Assembly: GCA_018971045.1 (NCBI GenBank)
Contig: JAGWVF010000002.1
Location: forward strand, 1,133-65,132
DNA from: Patescibacteria group bacterium
GTDB lineage: Bacteria; Patescibacteriota; Minisyncoccia; Phycocordibacterales; Phycocordibacteraceae
Reading direction: 5' to 3'
Length of the DNA stretch: 64,000 nucleotides
Every line of letters starts with the position of its first letter. The stretch's first letter is position 1. Shown in pieces: positions 37,367 through 47,016 of the stretch. Made by a program: the position numbers and the translations under genes. The notes beneath the pieces were generated by a model. It was not told where the DNA came from and made no database searches. It worked only from the letters and a program-made list of their open reading frames with translations.

Positions 37367-39856
37367 ATGTCAATCAATTTCAAATATACAACCGTTATAG
37401 TGACGCTTTTTGTGATGCTCGCGCTTTCGCGCGGCTTCGTCGTGCATTATCAAGACTTCTTCTCCTTCGGCGCTCACGCGGTGCACGCGGAAGGCGATGG
37501 CGGAGGCGGAGGCGGAGGCGGCGGTGATGGTGGCGGCGGCGCCGGAGGGGGAGGCGATGGAGGCGGCGGCGCCGGAGGGGGTGGCACCTCGCCAGGCGGA
37601 GGAACCGTACCGCCGGCTCCGGTCTACGGCTGCATGGATCCCACGGCGACCAACTACAACCCCGCCGCGACATCGCAAACGGGCATCACCTGCACGTATC
37701 CGACTCCTCCTGTCTATGGCTGCATGGACCCGATCGCGACCAACTACAACCCGAAGGCCACGAGCCAGACCGGCATCACCTGCACCTATCCAGTGTACGG
37801 CTGCATGGATCCCACGGCGACCAACTACAACCCCGCCGCGACATCGCAAACGGGCATCACCTGCACGTATCCGACTCCTAAAGCGCCGACCTGTTCAATC
37901 GTTGTATCGCCTTCGGTTATCCACGCCGGCGATTCGGCGGTCATATCTTGGAAGACGACCAATGCGCTTTCCTTCACTATCGACCATAACATCGTCAATA
38001 TCGCGCCACTCGACGGGAGCAGCACGATCTCTCCCTCCGTCACAACCACCTACACCGGTACGGTGACCGGCCCCGGCGGCTCGGCAACGTGCATCGCGAC
38101 CGTTACGGTGACGACGACTCCGCCGCCTCCCGCGGCGCCGACCTGCACGCTCTCGGCTTCTCCCACGTCGATACAAACAGGATCTTCCTCGACGCTTTCG
38201 TGGGGGACGACGAACGCGACGTCGCTCTCCATTGATCACGGCGTTGGCGCGGTGACGCCGATCGCGTCCGGCTCGCGCTCAGTCTCTCCCTCCGTCACAA
38301 CCACCTACGCCGGTACGGTGACCGGCCCCGGCGGCTCGGCAACGTGCATCGCGACCGTTACGGTGACGACGACTCCGCCGCCTCCCGCGGCGCCGACCTG
38401 CACGCTCTCGGCGAATCCGGCGAGCGTCAATTCCGGCGATCACTCAACCTTATCGTGGACTACGAGTAACGCGAACACCTTTTCGATCGACCAAGGAATC
38501 GGCGCGGTCTCTCCGGCTATCGGCGGTTCGATTAATTCTAAAGCGATTACGACCGATACGACATTCACCGGCACGGTCGTGAGCCCTTCGGGTCAGACGA
38601 CAACGTGTACCGCGCAAGTGAAGGTAGTTGCGATTCCCCCGGGCGGCGGCCCATCGTGCTCGCTCGCGGTATCGCCTTCAAGTTATGTGAGCGGCGGATC
38701 GGCGACGCTCTCGTGGGGCGGCACGGATATTCAAAGCGTTACCATTGATAATGGCATTGGCGCGACGACGACCGTCCCGGGTTCAGTAACCGTCTCGCCA
38801 TCGGCGGTACGGTCGTATACGTATACGGGAACCTTTACGGCGACGACGGGTCAGACTCTTACGTGCTCGGCGACGCTCAACGTCTCTCCGCCCGGCGGCG
38901 GGGGAGGTGGTGGCGGTGGCGGTGGAGGAGGCGGCGGCGGTGTCATTATGCCTACCATCACTCTCTCGGCGCTTCCGCATGTCGGCTCTCAGCCGCTCGC
39001 GTATCTCTACCTCTCGCAGATTCCACAGACGGGCCTCGCGCTCGGGCCTGTCGGCACGGCGCTTTACTGGATCATACTTATCCTCTTTGCTCTAGCGGTT
39101 GCGTATCTCACCCTTTTCACATTTATTCCGTATTCTCGCCGTCAGCTGAGCGCGATTGGCGTGCGCGTTCAGCAGGCGGTGAATGCTCATGCGCTCGAGA
39201 CGGAACGCGCGCCCCTAGTGCCGCCGGCTGTTTCTCCTATGGAGCGAACGGAGGTGTCCGCCGCGGTACGCGAAGCGCCGCGCGGCTACTCGAGTTACGA
39301 CGGATTCAAGTCGTTCGCTCAGGGCGGCGCGCTCTCAATCGAGGATATCGTGAAAGGGCTCTCGCGAACGCACGCCGCGCCGGTAGTCTCGGAAGACGCG
39401 CATACCCTCGTAGCAGAGTCCCTGGTGAATACAGAACCGGCTTACCCGCCTATTGAACCGGCGTATACTCATATCGAATCGGCCGGCGCGCCGGCCGCCC
39501 ATGCCGCTCTTCCTGAGTCGGCTCCGACGCCCGCCTCGGTGCGCGGGTTTGTTGCGGCGCTTCTTAATCTCGATCGCGCGGCAGTCTTCGCTGGCCTTCG
39601 CCAAGAATTACGCGGCGGCGGTTCGGCTGAAGATCTGCTCACGGAAGCGGTGTGTCTTCTCGATGATGCGTATCGGGCGCGCGTCGACGGAGTAGCCTGC
39701 GCGCCGGACATCGCGCAGCTCACCGAGCGCATCGCGACGCCGACTCTGGAGAAGCTCATCGGCTCGCTTACAACCGCGATTGACTCAAGCTATTCGACGA
39801 GTGTTACAGGCGCCAAGCTCGCGCTCACCCGCGCCCTCGCCGTGCTCGATTCATAG
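37367..39856 (+). CDS. Surface protein with GCMDP repeats, PKD/Ig-like repeats, IPQTG sorting-like motif, TM and cytoplasmic C-terminal domain
   Basis: Signal peptide, poly-Gly, 3x VYGCMDP.ATNYNP.ATSQTGITCTYP, 4 'C.L..SP.....G..STLSW' repeats, YLSQIPQTG + TM + RR, about 240 aa after the TM. Confidence 0.8.
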   Translation: MSINFKYTTVIVTLFVMLALSRGFVVHYQDFFSFGAHAVHAEGDGGGGGGGGGDGGGGAGGGGDGGGGAGGGGTSPGGGTVPPAPVYGCMDPTATNYNPAATSQTGITCTYPTPPVYGCMDPIATNYNPKATSQTGITCTYPVYGCMDPTATNYNPAATSQTGITCTYPTPKAPTCSIVVSPSVIHAGDSAVISWKTTNALSFTIDHNIVNIAPLDGSSTISPSVTTTYTGTVTGPGGSATCIATVTVTTTPPPPAAPTCTLSASPTSIQTGSSSTLSWGTTNATSLSIDHGVGAVTPIASGSRSVSPSVTTTYAGTVTGPGGSATCIATVTVTTTPPPPAAPTCTLSANPASVNSGDHSTLSWTTSNANTFSIDQGIGAVSPAIGGSINSKAITTDTTFTGTVVSPSGQTTTCTAQVKVVAIPPGGGPSCSLAVSPSSYVSGGSATLSWGGTDIQSVTIDNGIGATTTVPGSVTVSPSAVRSYTYTGTFTATTGQTLTCSATLNVSPPGGGGGGGGGGGGGGGGVIMPTITLSALPHVGSQPLAYLYLSQIPQTGLALGPVGTALYWIILILFALAVAYLTLFTFIPYSRRQLSAIGVRVQQAVNAHALETERAPLVPPAVSPMERTEVSAAVREAPRGYSSYDGFKSFAQGGALSIEDIVKGLSRTHAAPVVSEDAHTLVAESLVNTEPAYPPIEPAYTHIESAGAPAAHAALPESAPTPASVRGFVAALLNLDRAAVFAGLRQELRGGGSAEDLLTEAVCLLDDAYRARVDGVACAPDIAQLTERIATPTLEKLIGSLTTAIDSSYSTSVTGAKLALTRALAVLDS
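37625..37879 (+). repeat. Intragenic repeats: identical 84-bp copies at 37625-37708 and 37796-37879 with a diverged middle copy
   Basis: Direct sequence comparison. Confidence 0.85.
38028..38412 (+). repeat. Intragenic 130-bp direct repeat (38028-38157 and 38283-38412, one mismatch, 255-bp period)
   Basis: Direct sequence comparison. Confidence 0.85.
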
Positions 39857-39864
39857 AGAAGAAA

Positions 39865-41601
39865 TCACGCTCTTCGCGCCGCAATTTCTTCGCGCGCGCG
39901 ATTCACGAAATCGCTCACGGACTCGTTCTCCTTCTTGCCGTGATCGCGGCTCTCGACCGTGACGGTCTTCGCCGCCGCTTCAGTATCTCCGACGACGAGA
40001 AGATAGGGGATCTTTTCAACCTTTCCTTGGCGGATTTTTTTACCCAGCGACTCATCTGCGCCATCAACGTCTGCGCGGATACCGGCTGTTTTCAGTATCG
40101 CCAAGACCTCCTCCGCATAGGCATGGTGTTTTTCAGACACGGGCAGTATCCGCATTTGCAGGGGGCTGAGCCAGAGCGGGAGATTCCCGCCTGTGTGCTC
40201 GAGCATTACTGCCGAGAAGCGTTCGATCGAACCCATAATCGCGCAATGGATCATCACCACCCGTTCCTTCTCTCCGTGCTCGTTTATGCAGGTAAGATCG
40301 AAACGTTCCGGAAGATTCATGTCCAACTGGATGGTCGCGACCTGATGCTCGCGGCCGAGAGAATCAGTCGCCATGAAGTCGAGCTTCGGTCCGTACATTG
40401 CCGCCTCGCCGGGAGCTTCGAAGTGCTCGGCGCCGCGCTCTTTCGCGATAGATCGGAGCGCGTCTTCGGCGTTTTTCCAAATTTCCGGAGTCCCGAGATA
40501 CTTCTCCGCTGAGGCGGGATCGTGGAAGGAGAGGCGGACGCGGAGCGTGAAGCCGAAGGTGCCGTAAAAGGTGTCAACGATATCCCAGATCTTGAAGAAT
40601 TCATCGCGGACTTGGCTGTGACGGCAGAAGACGTGACTATCGTCTTGAGTGATTGAGAGGACGCGAGTGAGGCCGCCGAGCTCGCCGGACTGTTCATCGC
40701 GGTACACCATCGTCGTTTCGGCATAGCGTTGCGGCATGTTCCGATAGGAGTGCGGGCGGCGATTGAAAATTTGCGTGTGATGCGGACAATTCATCGGCTT
40801 CAGCGCGTATTCCTTCCCCTCGCGAGTGGTGATGCGGAAGAGCTCGTCAGCGAATTTTTCCCAGTGGCCGGAAGTTTCGTAGAGCGCGCGCTTCGTGATA
40901 TGGGGGATCGTCACGCGCTCATAGCCGTGTTTTGCGCGTAATTCCCAAATATACGCGTCAAGCGCGTGGCGCATACGCGCTCCCTTCGGCGTCCAGAGCG
41001 GGAGGCCCGAACCAACGAGCTCCGAGAAGGTGAAGAGATCGAGTTCCTGTCCGATCTTGCGATGGTCGCGCTTCTTAGCCTCTTCTCTCTGCGCTCGATA
41101 CGCGTCAAGCTCCTCTTTCGTATCGAAGGCGAGTCCGTAAATGCGCGTCAGCATCGGCTTCTTCTCGTCGCCGCGCCAGTACGCGCCCGCGACGCGGTCG
41201 AGAACGAACGAATGTTCCGTTATCTCCCGAGAGGGATGTTCCGCGTGGCCGCCGCGGCAGAGATCGGTGAAGCCGCCGCAGGTGTAGAGCGTAATGGTCG
41301 CGCCGTCCTTTTCGAGTTCGTCGATGAGTTCGATTTTAAAAGGATTATCTTTAAACCTCTCCCGTGCTTTTTCGGCGGATACCTCTTCGCGGGAGAACGC
41401 GGTCCAGTGCGGCAAAAGCTTCGTCATCTCGTCTTGAAGCGCCTGCAAATGCTCCTCTTTTATCGAGTGGGTATCAAAGTCGTAGTAAAAACCGTTTTCA
41501 ATCGCGGGACCAATCGTCGGCTTCGCTTCGGGATGCAATTTTTGCATGGCGGCGGCGAGCAGGTGGGCGAGCGTGTGACGCTTTGCTTCGAGGGAGCTCA
41601 T
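39865..41601 (-). CDS. thrS: Threonine--tRNA ligase
   Basis: RHTLAHLL, DLCRGGH, GAYWRG, RDHRKIG, KPMNCP, IHCAIMGSIERF. Confidence 0.96.
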   Translation of the reverse strand: MSSLEAKRHTLAHLLAAAMQKLHPEAKPTIGPAIENGFYYDFDTHSIKEEHLQALQDEMTKLLPHWTAFSREEVSAEKARERFKDNPFKIELIDELEKDGATITLYTCGGFTDLCRGGHAEHPSREITEHSFVLDRVAGAYWRGDEKKPMLTRIYGLAFDTKEELDAYRAQREEAKKRDHRKIGQELDLFTFSELVGSGLPLWTPKGARMRHALDAYIWELRAKHGYERVTIPHITKRALYETSGHWEKFADELFRITTREGKEYALKPMNCPHHTQIFNRRPHSYRNMPQRYAETTMVYRDEQSGELGGLTRVLSITQDDSHVFCRHSQVRDEFFKIWDIVDTFYGTFGFTLRVRLSFHDPASAEKYLGTPEIWKNAEDALRSIAKERGAEHFEAPGEAAMYGPKLDFMATDSLGREHQVATIQLDMNLPERFDLTCINEHGEKERVVMIHCAIMGSIERFSAVMLEHTGGNLPLWLSPLQMRILPVSEKHHAYAEEVLAILKTAGIRADVDGADESLGKKIRQGKVEKIPYLLVVGDTEAAAKTVTVESRDHGKKENESVSDFVNRAREEIAARRA

Positions 41602-41664
41602 AAAGGAGAGAATACCATACTGTTCGGCGGAATTTCTCTCACCGTTAAAAACAAAACGATACAT

Positions 41665-41785
41665 TTGACAACATTACAAGTATAGAGTACCCTTTTCTTA
41701 AGGGAGTAGTCCCTTACGGCGGCGGGTGCAGAAGCGCTCGCTATCGAGAATCTGTTCATTGACTTTTAACTTTAAGGAGATGACG
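41665..41785 (+). promoter_or_regulatory. Sigma70 promoter and hairpin leader with SD
   Basis: TTGACA-N17-TACCCT; hairpins TAAGGGA-GTAG-TCCCTTA and GCGGGTGC-AGAA-GCGCTCGC; AAGGAG at 41774. Confidence 0.55.
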
Positions 41786-42727
41786 ATGAAGATCGTCAAT
41801 GTGATTTTCACATCGAGTTTTCTTCTTGTCCTCGCTGCCTGTGGCGGCGGTGGCGGCGGAAGCTCGGATGCCGCCACGACGCCGCCCGACACTGCCGCCA
41901 GCAGTCCGGCGCAACAAGTGCTATGCCCGGACCAAAAGACGTCCGCCGCAAAGGCGGCGGACTGTCCGGCCACCACGCTTTTGCCAGTTGACCTCAAGGC
42001 TATTGCCTTGGTTAGCCCGGAAGAGGCGATGCTGAAGGGCTACGCGTTCATCGCGTCGGGTACGATCGCGGAGAGTGGCTTCCACGCCACCGTGACGCAA
42101 GGACACGGGAAGTGGACGCTCCCTGTCTACTTCGAACTCGGTCCCGACAAGAGGACCGTGAACGTTATCCTGAAGGAACGCCCGGCGTACGGGACGGAGT
42201 TGAGCATTGTGTTCGATGCTCTCGACTCAGTCGGAAACCCGGTCACCTCGGCGACCAGCCTTTCCAGCACGCCAGCAATGGTGTGCGCCGATAACTCAAA
42301 ATGGTCGAACCCGGCCTCGTTCAACACGGCGATACAAGATTGCGTCGCGCCGATCGGCGTGCAGGCGCTCATCACGGATTTCAATGTGATGAGCGACAGG
42401 ACTTGCGAGCTCGAGGTGGAAAAAACACTCTCGAGCGCGTGCCAATTGTATTTTGCAAATGGCACGATATCGGTGATGGACACCGGTACCGTTCTTAGCG
42501 GCGGGCACTCTGCGTGGTGGACGGGGTTCGTCGGAGGAGACGGGGTGAGTTATCTCGCCCTTATCGACCAGACGACGAGCTTTCCGGTCGCGGCGCTGAA
42601 GCTCTCCGATAAGCTGTCATGGCTTATCGGGAATCCGCGCGGAGTAACAATCCGCGTGGGGGCGCAGACCCTTCTCGCTTCATGGGATGGGGCGAAGATC
42701 GCCCTCTCCTGCCTAGTCGGCTGTTAA
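41786..42727 (+). CDS. Hypothetical lipoprotein (LAAC-GGGGGG lipobox)
   Basis: MKIVNVIFTSSFLLVLAACGGGGGGS; several paired Cys; followed by a hairpin (CCCGCGC-CACAAA-GCGCGGG) and T-rich tract. Confidence 0.75.
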   Translation: MKIVNVIFTSSFLLVLAACGGGGGGSSDAATTPPDTAASSPAQQVLCPDQKTSAAKAADCPATTLLPVDLKAIALVSPEEAMLKGYAFIASGTIAESGFHATVTQGHGKWTLPVYFELGPDKRTVNVILKERPAYGTELSIVFDALDSVGNPVTSATSLSSTPAMVCADNSKWSNPASFNTAIQDCVAPIGVQALITDFNVMSDRTCELEVEKTLSSACQLYFANGTISVMDTGTVLSGGHSAWWTGFVGGDGVSYLALIDQTTSFPVAALKLSDKLSWLIGNPRGVTIRVGAQTLLASWDGAKIALSCLVGC

Positions 42728-42770
42728 AACCGGCCACACTGCCCGCGCCACAAAGCGCGGGTGGTTTATT

Positions 42771-45700
42771 TTATAGCGCTTTTAATTCATCGATCGCGAG
42801 CGAGGGTTCGCCGTTTCGTACCGAGACTTTTCCTTTGATCAGGATACACGCGCCCGGGACTAGGAGCGCCGAGTGTGTTTTGAGGAGTTTGGGGAAGGCG
42901 GCCGCCTCAATCGAATCGGTTTTATCCTCGATGGTGATGAAAGACATCTTTTCCCCGCTCTTGGTAAGAATGTTACGCGCCGCAGTCACGAGCACGGGCA
43001 GGATAAGGAGCATGCCCGTCTGCGGCTCTTCTTTAATCCTCGCTATCGAGAGCTTCGCTTTACTCGCTATGTCGGCATGAGCGTCAAGCGGGTGCCCGCT
43101 TACGTAAATACCGAGAAGCTCTTTCTCCCACGCGAGTTTATCGAGAAGCGAGGTCGCGCGGCCTTCGGGGAGCGCGAGCTCGGGCGGGCTCGTAAATGAT
43201 CCGAAGAGCGAGTCCTGCGGCGCGATCGCGGTCGCGTCGCGGTGAAAAGCGAGAAGGGTTTCGATATTTTCAAGCAGAGTGCCGCGCTTGTGCGCCGCGG
43301 GTGCGAGCGAGTCGAGCGCGCCGCATTTGATCAAGGATTCAAGCGATTTACGATTGAGGCTCTTGGATTCGATGCGCGAAAGAAAGTCGGCGAGCGAAGC
43401 GTAGGGACCGCGCGCCCGGCGCTCTGAAATGATCGCTTCTGAAATGCCGTCGCCGAAATTTTTAATTGAGGAAAGACCGAACCGGATCGCTTTATTCGGC
43501 GTCGGAAGCTGAGCTTCCGACACATGGTCAACGACGGTGAAATCGGCGCCGCTTTCATTTATGTCCGGCGGCAAAACGGGGATGCCCATGCGCTTCGCTT
43601 CAGCGACGAGAATCGCGATTTGTTCAGTGTCGCCGGCGTCCGCGGTAAGAAGCGCCGAGAGATACTCAACCGGAAAATTCGCTTTCATGTATGCCGTTTG
43701 GTAGGCGACTTTGCCGTAGCTCGCGGCGTGCGCCTTATTGAAGCCGTAGGCGGCGAAAGGTTCGATGAGCGACCAGAGCTTCTCCGCTTTTTCAGGCGAA
43801 AGTTTGCCGTATTCGACAAAACCTCGCAGTAATTTCTCTTTCTCGGCGCGCATAACTTTCGGGATTTTTTTGCCCATCGCCTTGCGAAGCGCATCCGCCT
43901 CAAGCCAGGAATAACCGGCGAGCTTGATCGCGGTCAAGAGCACGTCGTCTTGATAGACGAGGAGGCCGTACGAAAAGCCGAGATACTCCTGCATGCGCGG
44001 ATCGACGAAGCGGATCAATTTCGGATTGTGCTTGCGTTCGATGTAGGCGGGAATGGTTTCCATCGGGCCGGGGCGGTAGAGCGCGACCATCGCGTTAATG
44101 TCGTGAATCGTCGACGGGCGCAGATCCTTGAGCCAGCGCGTCATCCCGGAGCCGTTCAATTGAAACGTCCCTTCGGTCTCTCCGCGCGCGAGCATCGCGT
44201 ACGTCTTCGCGTCGTCAATGGGGACGTTCTCGATATCGATCGCGATGCCGCGCGTCTCTTTCACGCGCGCGACGGCGTCCGCGAGAATCGCCAGATTTTT
44301 TATGCCGAGAAAATCAAACTTCAAGAGCCCAACGCCGCCGTATTCGTCGGTGATCGAGTACATATCGTACTGAGTGATCATCTTGCCGGTGCCTTTCGGA
44401 TCGGGCTGGACGGGAGTCCATTCGACAAGCGGAGTCGGCGCGACGACCACGCCCGCCGCGTGGACGCCGACGTGCCGTACACAGCCCTCGATGCGTTTCG
44501 CGAGAGTGAGGATCTCATGAGCGTCGTCGTCTTCGTCGTAGATCGCTTTCAGATCAGGTTCGAGTTCGAGCGCGCGATCGATCGTCATCGGGAATCCTTG
44601 CGAGCCGATGGGAATGAGCTTCGCGATGCGGTCGCCGGTGGAATAGGCGTGCCCGAGCGCGCGCGCGACGTCGCGTACCGCCGCGCGCGCCATCATAGTG
44701 CCGAAGGTGCCGATCTGCGCGACGTGGTCCTCGCCGTACTTCTGTTTGGCATACGCGATCATCTCGTCGCGGCGGTTGTCGGCCATATCCATATCGATAT
44801 CGGGCGCCTTCGGCCGTTCCGGATTGAGGAATCGCTCAAAGGGGAGATTATAGAAAAGAGGGTTCACGTTGGTCACGCCGATAAGGTACGCGACGAGACT
44901 GCCGGCGGCCGATCCGCGCGTCGTGGTGAGAATGCCGGCGCGCCGCGCGAAATCGAGAAGATCGGCGACGATCAGGTAATACACGGCGAAGCCTTTGTTG
45001 ATAATGATCGTGAGTTCATACTCGATACGCTCTACCACGTCAGGCGTTTCCTCGAGTCCGCGCGTTTTGACGCCCGCATACGCCTTGGCGCGCAACTCCT
45101 CGTCATGATTCGCGAATCCCGGCGAGATCGGGACGGCAGGGAATGTCCATTTCCCGAGCTCAAATGAGACATTGCAACGATCGGCGATGAGTCGCGAATT
45201 CATGACCGCCTCGGGCGTATCTTGAAAAAAAGAACTAGCTGTTTCCTCGCTGATGAAGGAAAAGTCCTCCTCTTCGTTTCTGCCGCGAGCGCCCTGCTGG
45301 ATGCGCCGCATGATCTCGGTCGCTTCGCGGTCTTCCGGCGCGAGATAGTAGACATCGTGTTGCGCGACGAGCTCGGCGCCGTTCGCCTTTGCGAAACCGA
45401 TGATTTTTTTCTGCAGTGCTTCATGCCCGCTGACCTTGGGATGGCGGGTGATCTCGAGGAAGAGATTATGCGCGCCGAAAATATCCTTAAATTCGGTAAG
45501 CGCGGCCGCCGCGCCGTTCTCGTCGCCCGCGCGCAGAAACTGCGCGATATCGCCCGCGAAGGAGGGGAGGATGGCGATGACGCCCTCATGATGTTCGCGT
45601 AAGAGCTCCTTGTCTATTCGCGGGCGCTCGTAGAACCCTTCCGTCCATGATTTTGTCACGAGAGCGAGCAGATTCTTGTATCCTTCATTGTTTTGGGCGA

Positions 45701-45977
45701 GGAGGACGATGCGTGAACGTTTCTGATCCAGATGCGGGTCGCGATCGTGGCGCGAACGCGGGGCAAGGTAGGCATCGACGCCGAGGATCGGCTTGATACC
45801 CGCCTTCACCGCGGCTTTGTAAAATTCGATCGCGCCGTGCATATTGCCGGCATCGGTGAGCGCGAGTGAATCCATGTTGAGGGCAACCGCTTTTTCAACG
45901 AGTTCGTCCACCTTCGGAAGAGCCTGGAGAAAGCTGTAGTGGCTGTGAGTGTGGAGGTGGATGAATCGTGACGCCAT
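42771..45977 (-). CDS. dnaE: DNA polymerase III alpha subunit
   Basis: HLHTHSHYS PHP domain, RGSAAGS, PDIDMD, KFDFLG, YGFNKAHA. Confidence 0.96.
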   Translation of the reverse strand: MASRFIHLHTHSHYSFLQALPKVDELVEKAVALNMDSLALTDAGNMHGAIEFYKAAVKAGIKPILGVDAYLAPRSRHDRDPHLDQKRSRIVLLAQNNEGYKNLLALVTKSWTEGFYERPRIDKELLREHHEGVIAILPSFAGDIAQFLRAGDENGAAAALTEFKDIFGAHNLFLEITRHPKVSGHEALQKKIIGFAKANGAELVAQHDVYYLAPEDREATEIMRRIQQGARGRNEEEDFSFISEETASSFFQDTPEAVMNSRLIADRCNVSFELGKWTFPAVPISPGFANHDEELRAKAYAGVKTRGLEETPDVVERIEYELTIIINKGFAVYYLIVADLLDFARRAGILTTTRGSAAGSLVAYLIGVTNVNPLFYNLPFERFLNPERPKAPDIDMDMADNRRDEMIAYAKQKYGEDHVAQIGTFGTMMARAAVRDVARALGHAYSTGDRIAKLIPIGSQGFPMTIDRALELEPDLKAIYDEDDDAHEILTLAKRIEGCVRHVGVHAAGVVVAPTPLVEWTPVQPDPKGTGKMITQYDMYSITDEYGGVGLLKFDFLGIKNLAILADAVARVKETRGIAIDIENVPIDDAKTYAMLARGETEGTFQLNGSGMTRWLKDLRPSTIHDINAMVALYRPGPMETIPAYIERKHNPKLIRFVDPRMQEYLGFSYGLLVYQDDVLLTAIKLAGYSWLEADALRKAMGKKIPKVMRAEKEKLLRGFVEYGKLSPEKAEKLWSLIEPFAAYGFNKAHAASYGKVAYQTAYMKANFPVEYLSALLTADAGDTEQIAILVAEAKRMGIPVLPPDINESGADFTVVDHVSEAQLPTPNKAIRFGLSSIKNFGDGISEAIISERRARGPYASLADFLSRIESKSLNRKSLESLIKCGALDSLAPAAHKRGTLLENIETLLAFHRDATAIAPQDSLFGSFTSPPELALPEGRATSLLDKLAWEKELLGIYVSGHPLDAHADIASKAKLSIARIKEEPQTGMLLILPVLVTAARNILTKSGEKMSFITIEDKTDSIEAAAFPKLLKTHSALLVPGACILIKGKVSVRNGEPSLAIDELKAL

Positions 45978-45984
45978 CCGCTCC

Positions 45985-45994
45985 AGTATATACT
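45985..45994. promoter_or_regulatory. Palindromic bidirectional -10 element for dnaE and rnhB
   Basis: AGTATATACT gives TATACT on both strands, 7 nt before the dnaE ATG and 6 nt before the rnhB ATG. Confidence 0.6.
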
Positions 45995-46000
45995 TTTCCC

Positions 46001-46591
46001 ATGAGATTCACGCTCGGAGTCGATGAAGCCGGTCGCGGACCCTTGGCGGGGCCGGTCGCGGTCGGCGTGGTCGCGGTCGCCGAGGGCTTTGACGTGGCGA
46101 AAGAATTCCCCGGAGTTAAGGATTCGAAGAAGCTTTCGGGGAACAAGCGGGAGAAACTCTTTGAAATGCTCGAGGCGCGCGTCGCCAAGGGCGACGCGCG
46201 TTACCGTGTCGAGCTCGAGAGTGCCGGGACGATCGATCAGAAAGGCATCGTTGAAGCGGTGCGCCGCGCAACCGGACGCGGCGTGCGGGAGCTCGCTCCG
46301 GACACCGCACTCGTACACATACAACTCGACGGCGCGCTTCGCGCCCCGGATGAATACGCGCAAGAAATCATCATTAAAGGCGACGAGCGTATCCCGCTCA
46401 TCTCTCTCGCTTCGATCGCGGCCAAGGTGATGCGCGATCGAGCGATGCTCATGCTTGCGAACGAATACCCGCAATACGGCTTCGAGCTCCACAAGGGGTA
46501 CGGCACTAAGCTTCATTACGAAATGCTCAAGAAGTACGGTCTTTGCGCTATCCACCGCCGATCTTTTATCCATCTTGATTCTCGAGACTAG
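46001..46591 (+). CDS. rnhB: Ribonuclease HII
   Basis: GVDEAGRGPLAGPV, DSKKL, KGD, ASIAAKV.RD, HKGYGT, HRRSF. Confidence 0.96.
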   Translation: MRFTLGVDEAGRGPLAGPVAVGVVAVAEGFDVAKEFPGVKDSKKLSGNKREKLFEMLEARVAKGDARYRVELESAGTIDQKGIVEAVRRATGRGVRELAPDTALVHIQLDGALRAPDEYAQEIIIKGDERIPLISLASIAAKVMRDRAMLMLANEYPQYGFELHKGYGTKLHYEMLKKYGLCAIHRRSFIHLDSRD

Positions 46592-46731
46592 CGTATTCGC
46601 GCATACCCAGCCGCGAGCTTGCTTTTTAGCAATATGAGACTATACTTCCGGATTGTGTCCAGTCTGTACTGATGGACGCAAAGGGCGGATCGGGTTCTTC
46701 CCCGATCCATAGAACAAAGTTGGAGAATAGA

Positions 46732-47016
46732 ATGAAAAAGCTTTCCAAAAAAGGAGCGGTCGCCACTATGAACGAGAAAAAAATGAAGGGCCTGAAGGGC
46801 ACCGCATTCGAGAACTGTACCCGGTGTGACGGGTTCAGAGGAACAATCAAAAACGGATCCGGACCCGAGGCGCTCTGCAAGCGCGCTCTACGTCCGGTGA
46901 CGGCCGAAGAGGCCATTCGGTGCAACGGCAAAGCGCCGATTCCGCGGTGCGCGCCGCTGCCCACACATTCACCTCATCCGGTGTTTGAGAAGGCATCAAG
47001 ATCGTTCCGATCTTGA
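46732..47016 (+). CDS. Small basic Cys-containing hypothetical protein
   Basis: GGAG SD 6 nt upstream; CTRC plus three further Cys; own TATACT promoter and 3' hairpins. Confidence 0.5.
   Translation: MKKLSKKGAVATMNEKKMKGLKGTAFENCTRCDGFRGTIKNGSGPEALCKRALRPVTAEEAIRCNGKAPIPRCAPLPTHSPHPVFEKASRSFRS

Noticed and set aside
46670-46715. c-di-GMP-I riboswitch (GGACGCAAAG)
   Set aside because: No upstream GGCAAA/GNRA P2 stem or matching P1/P3.
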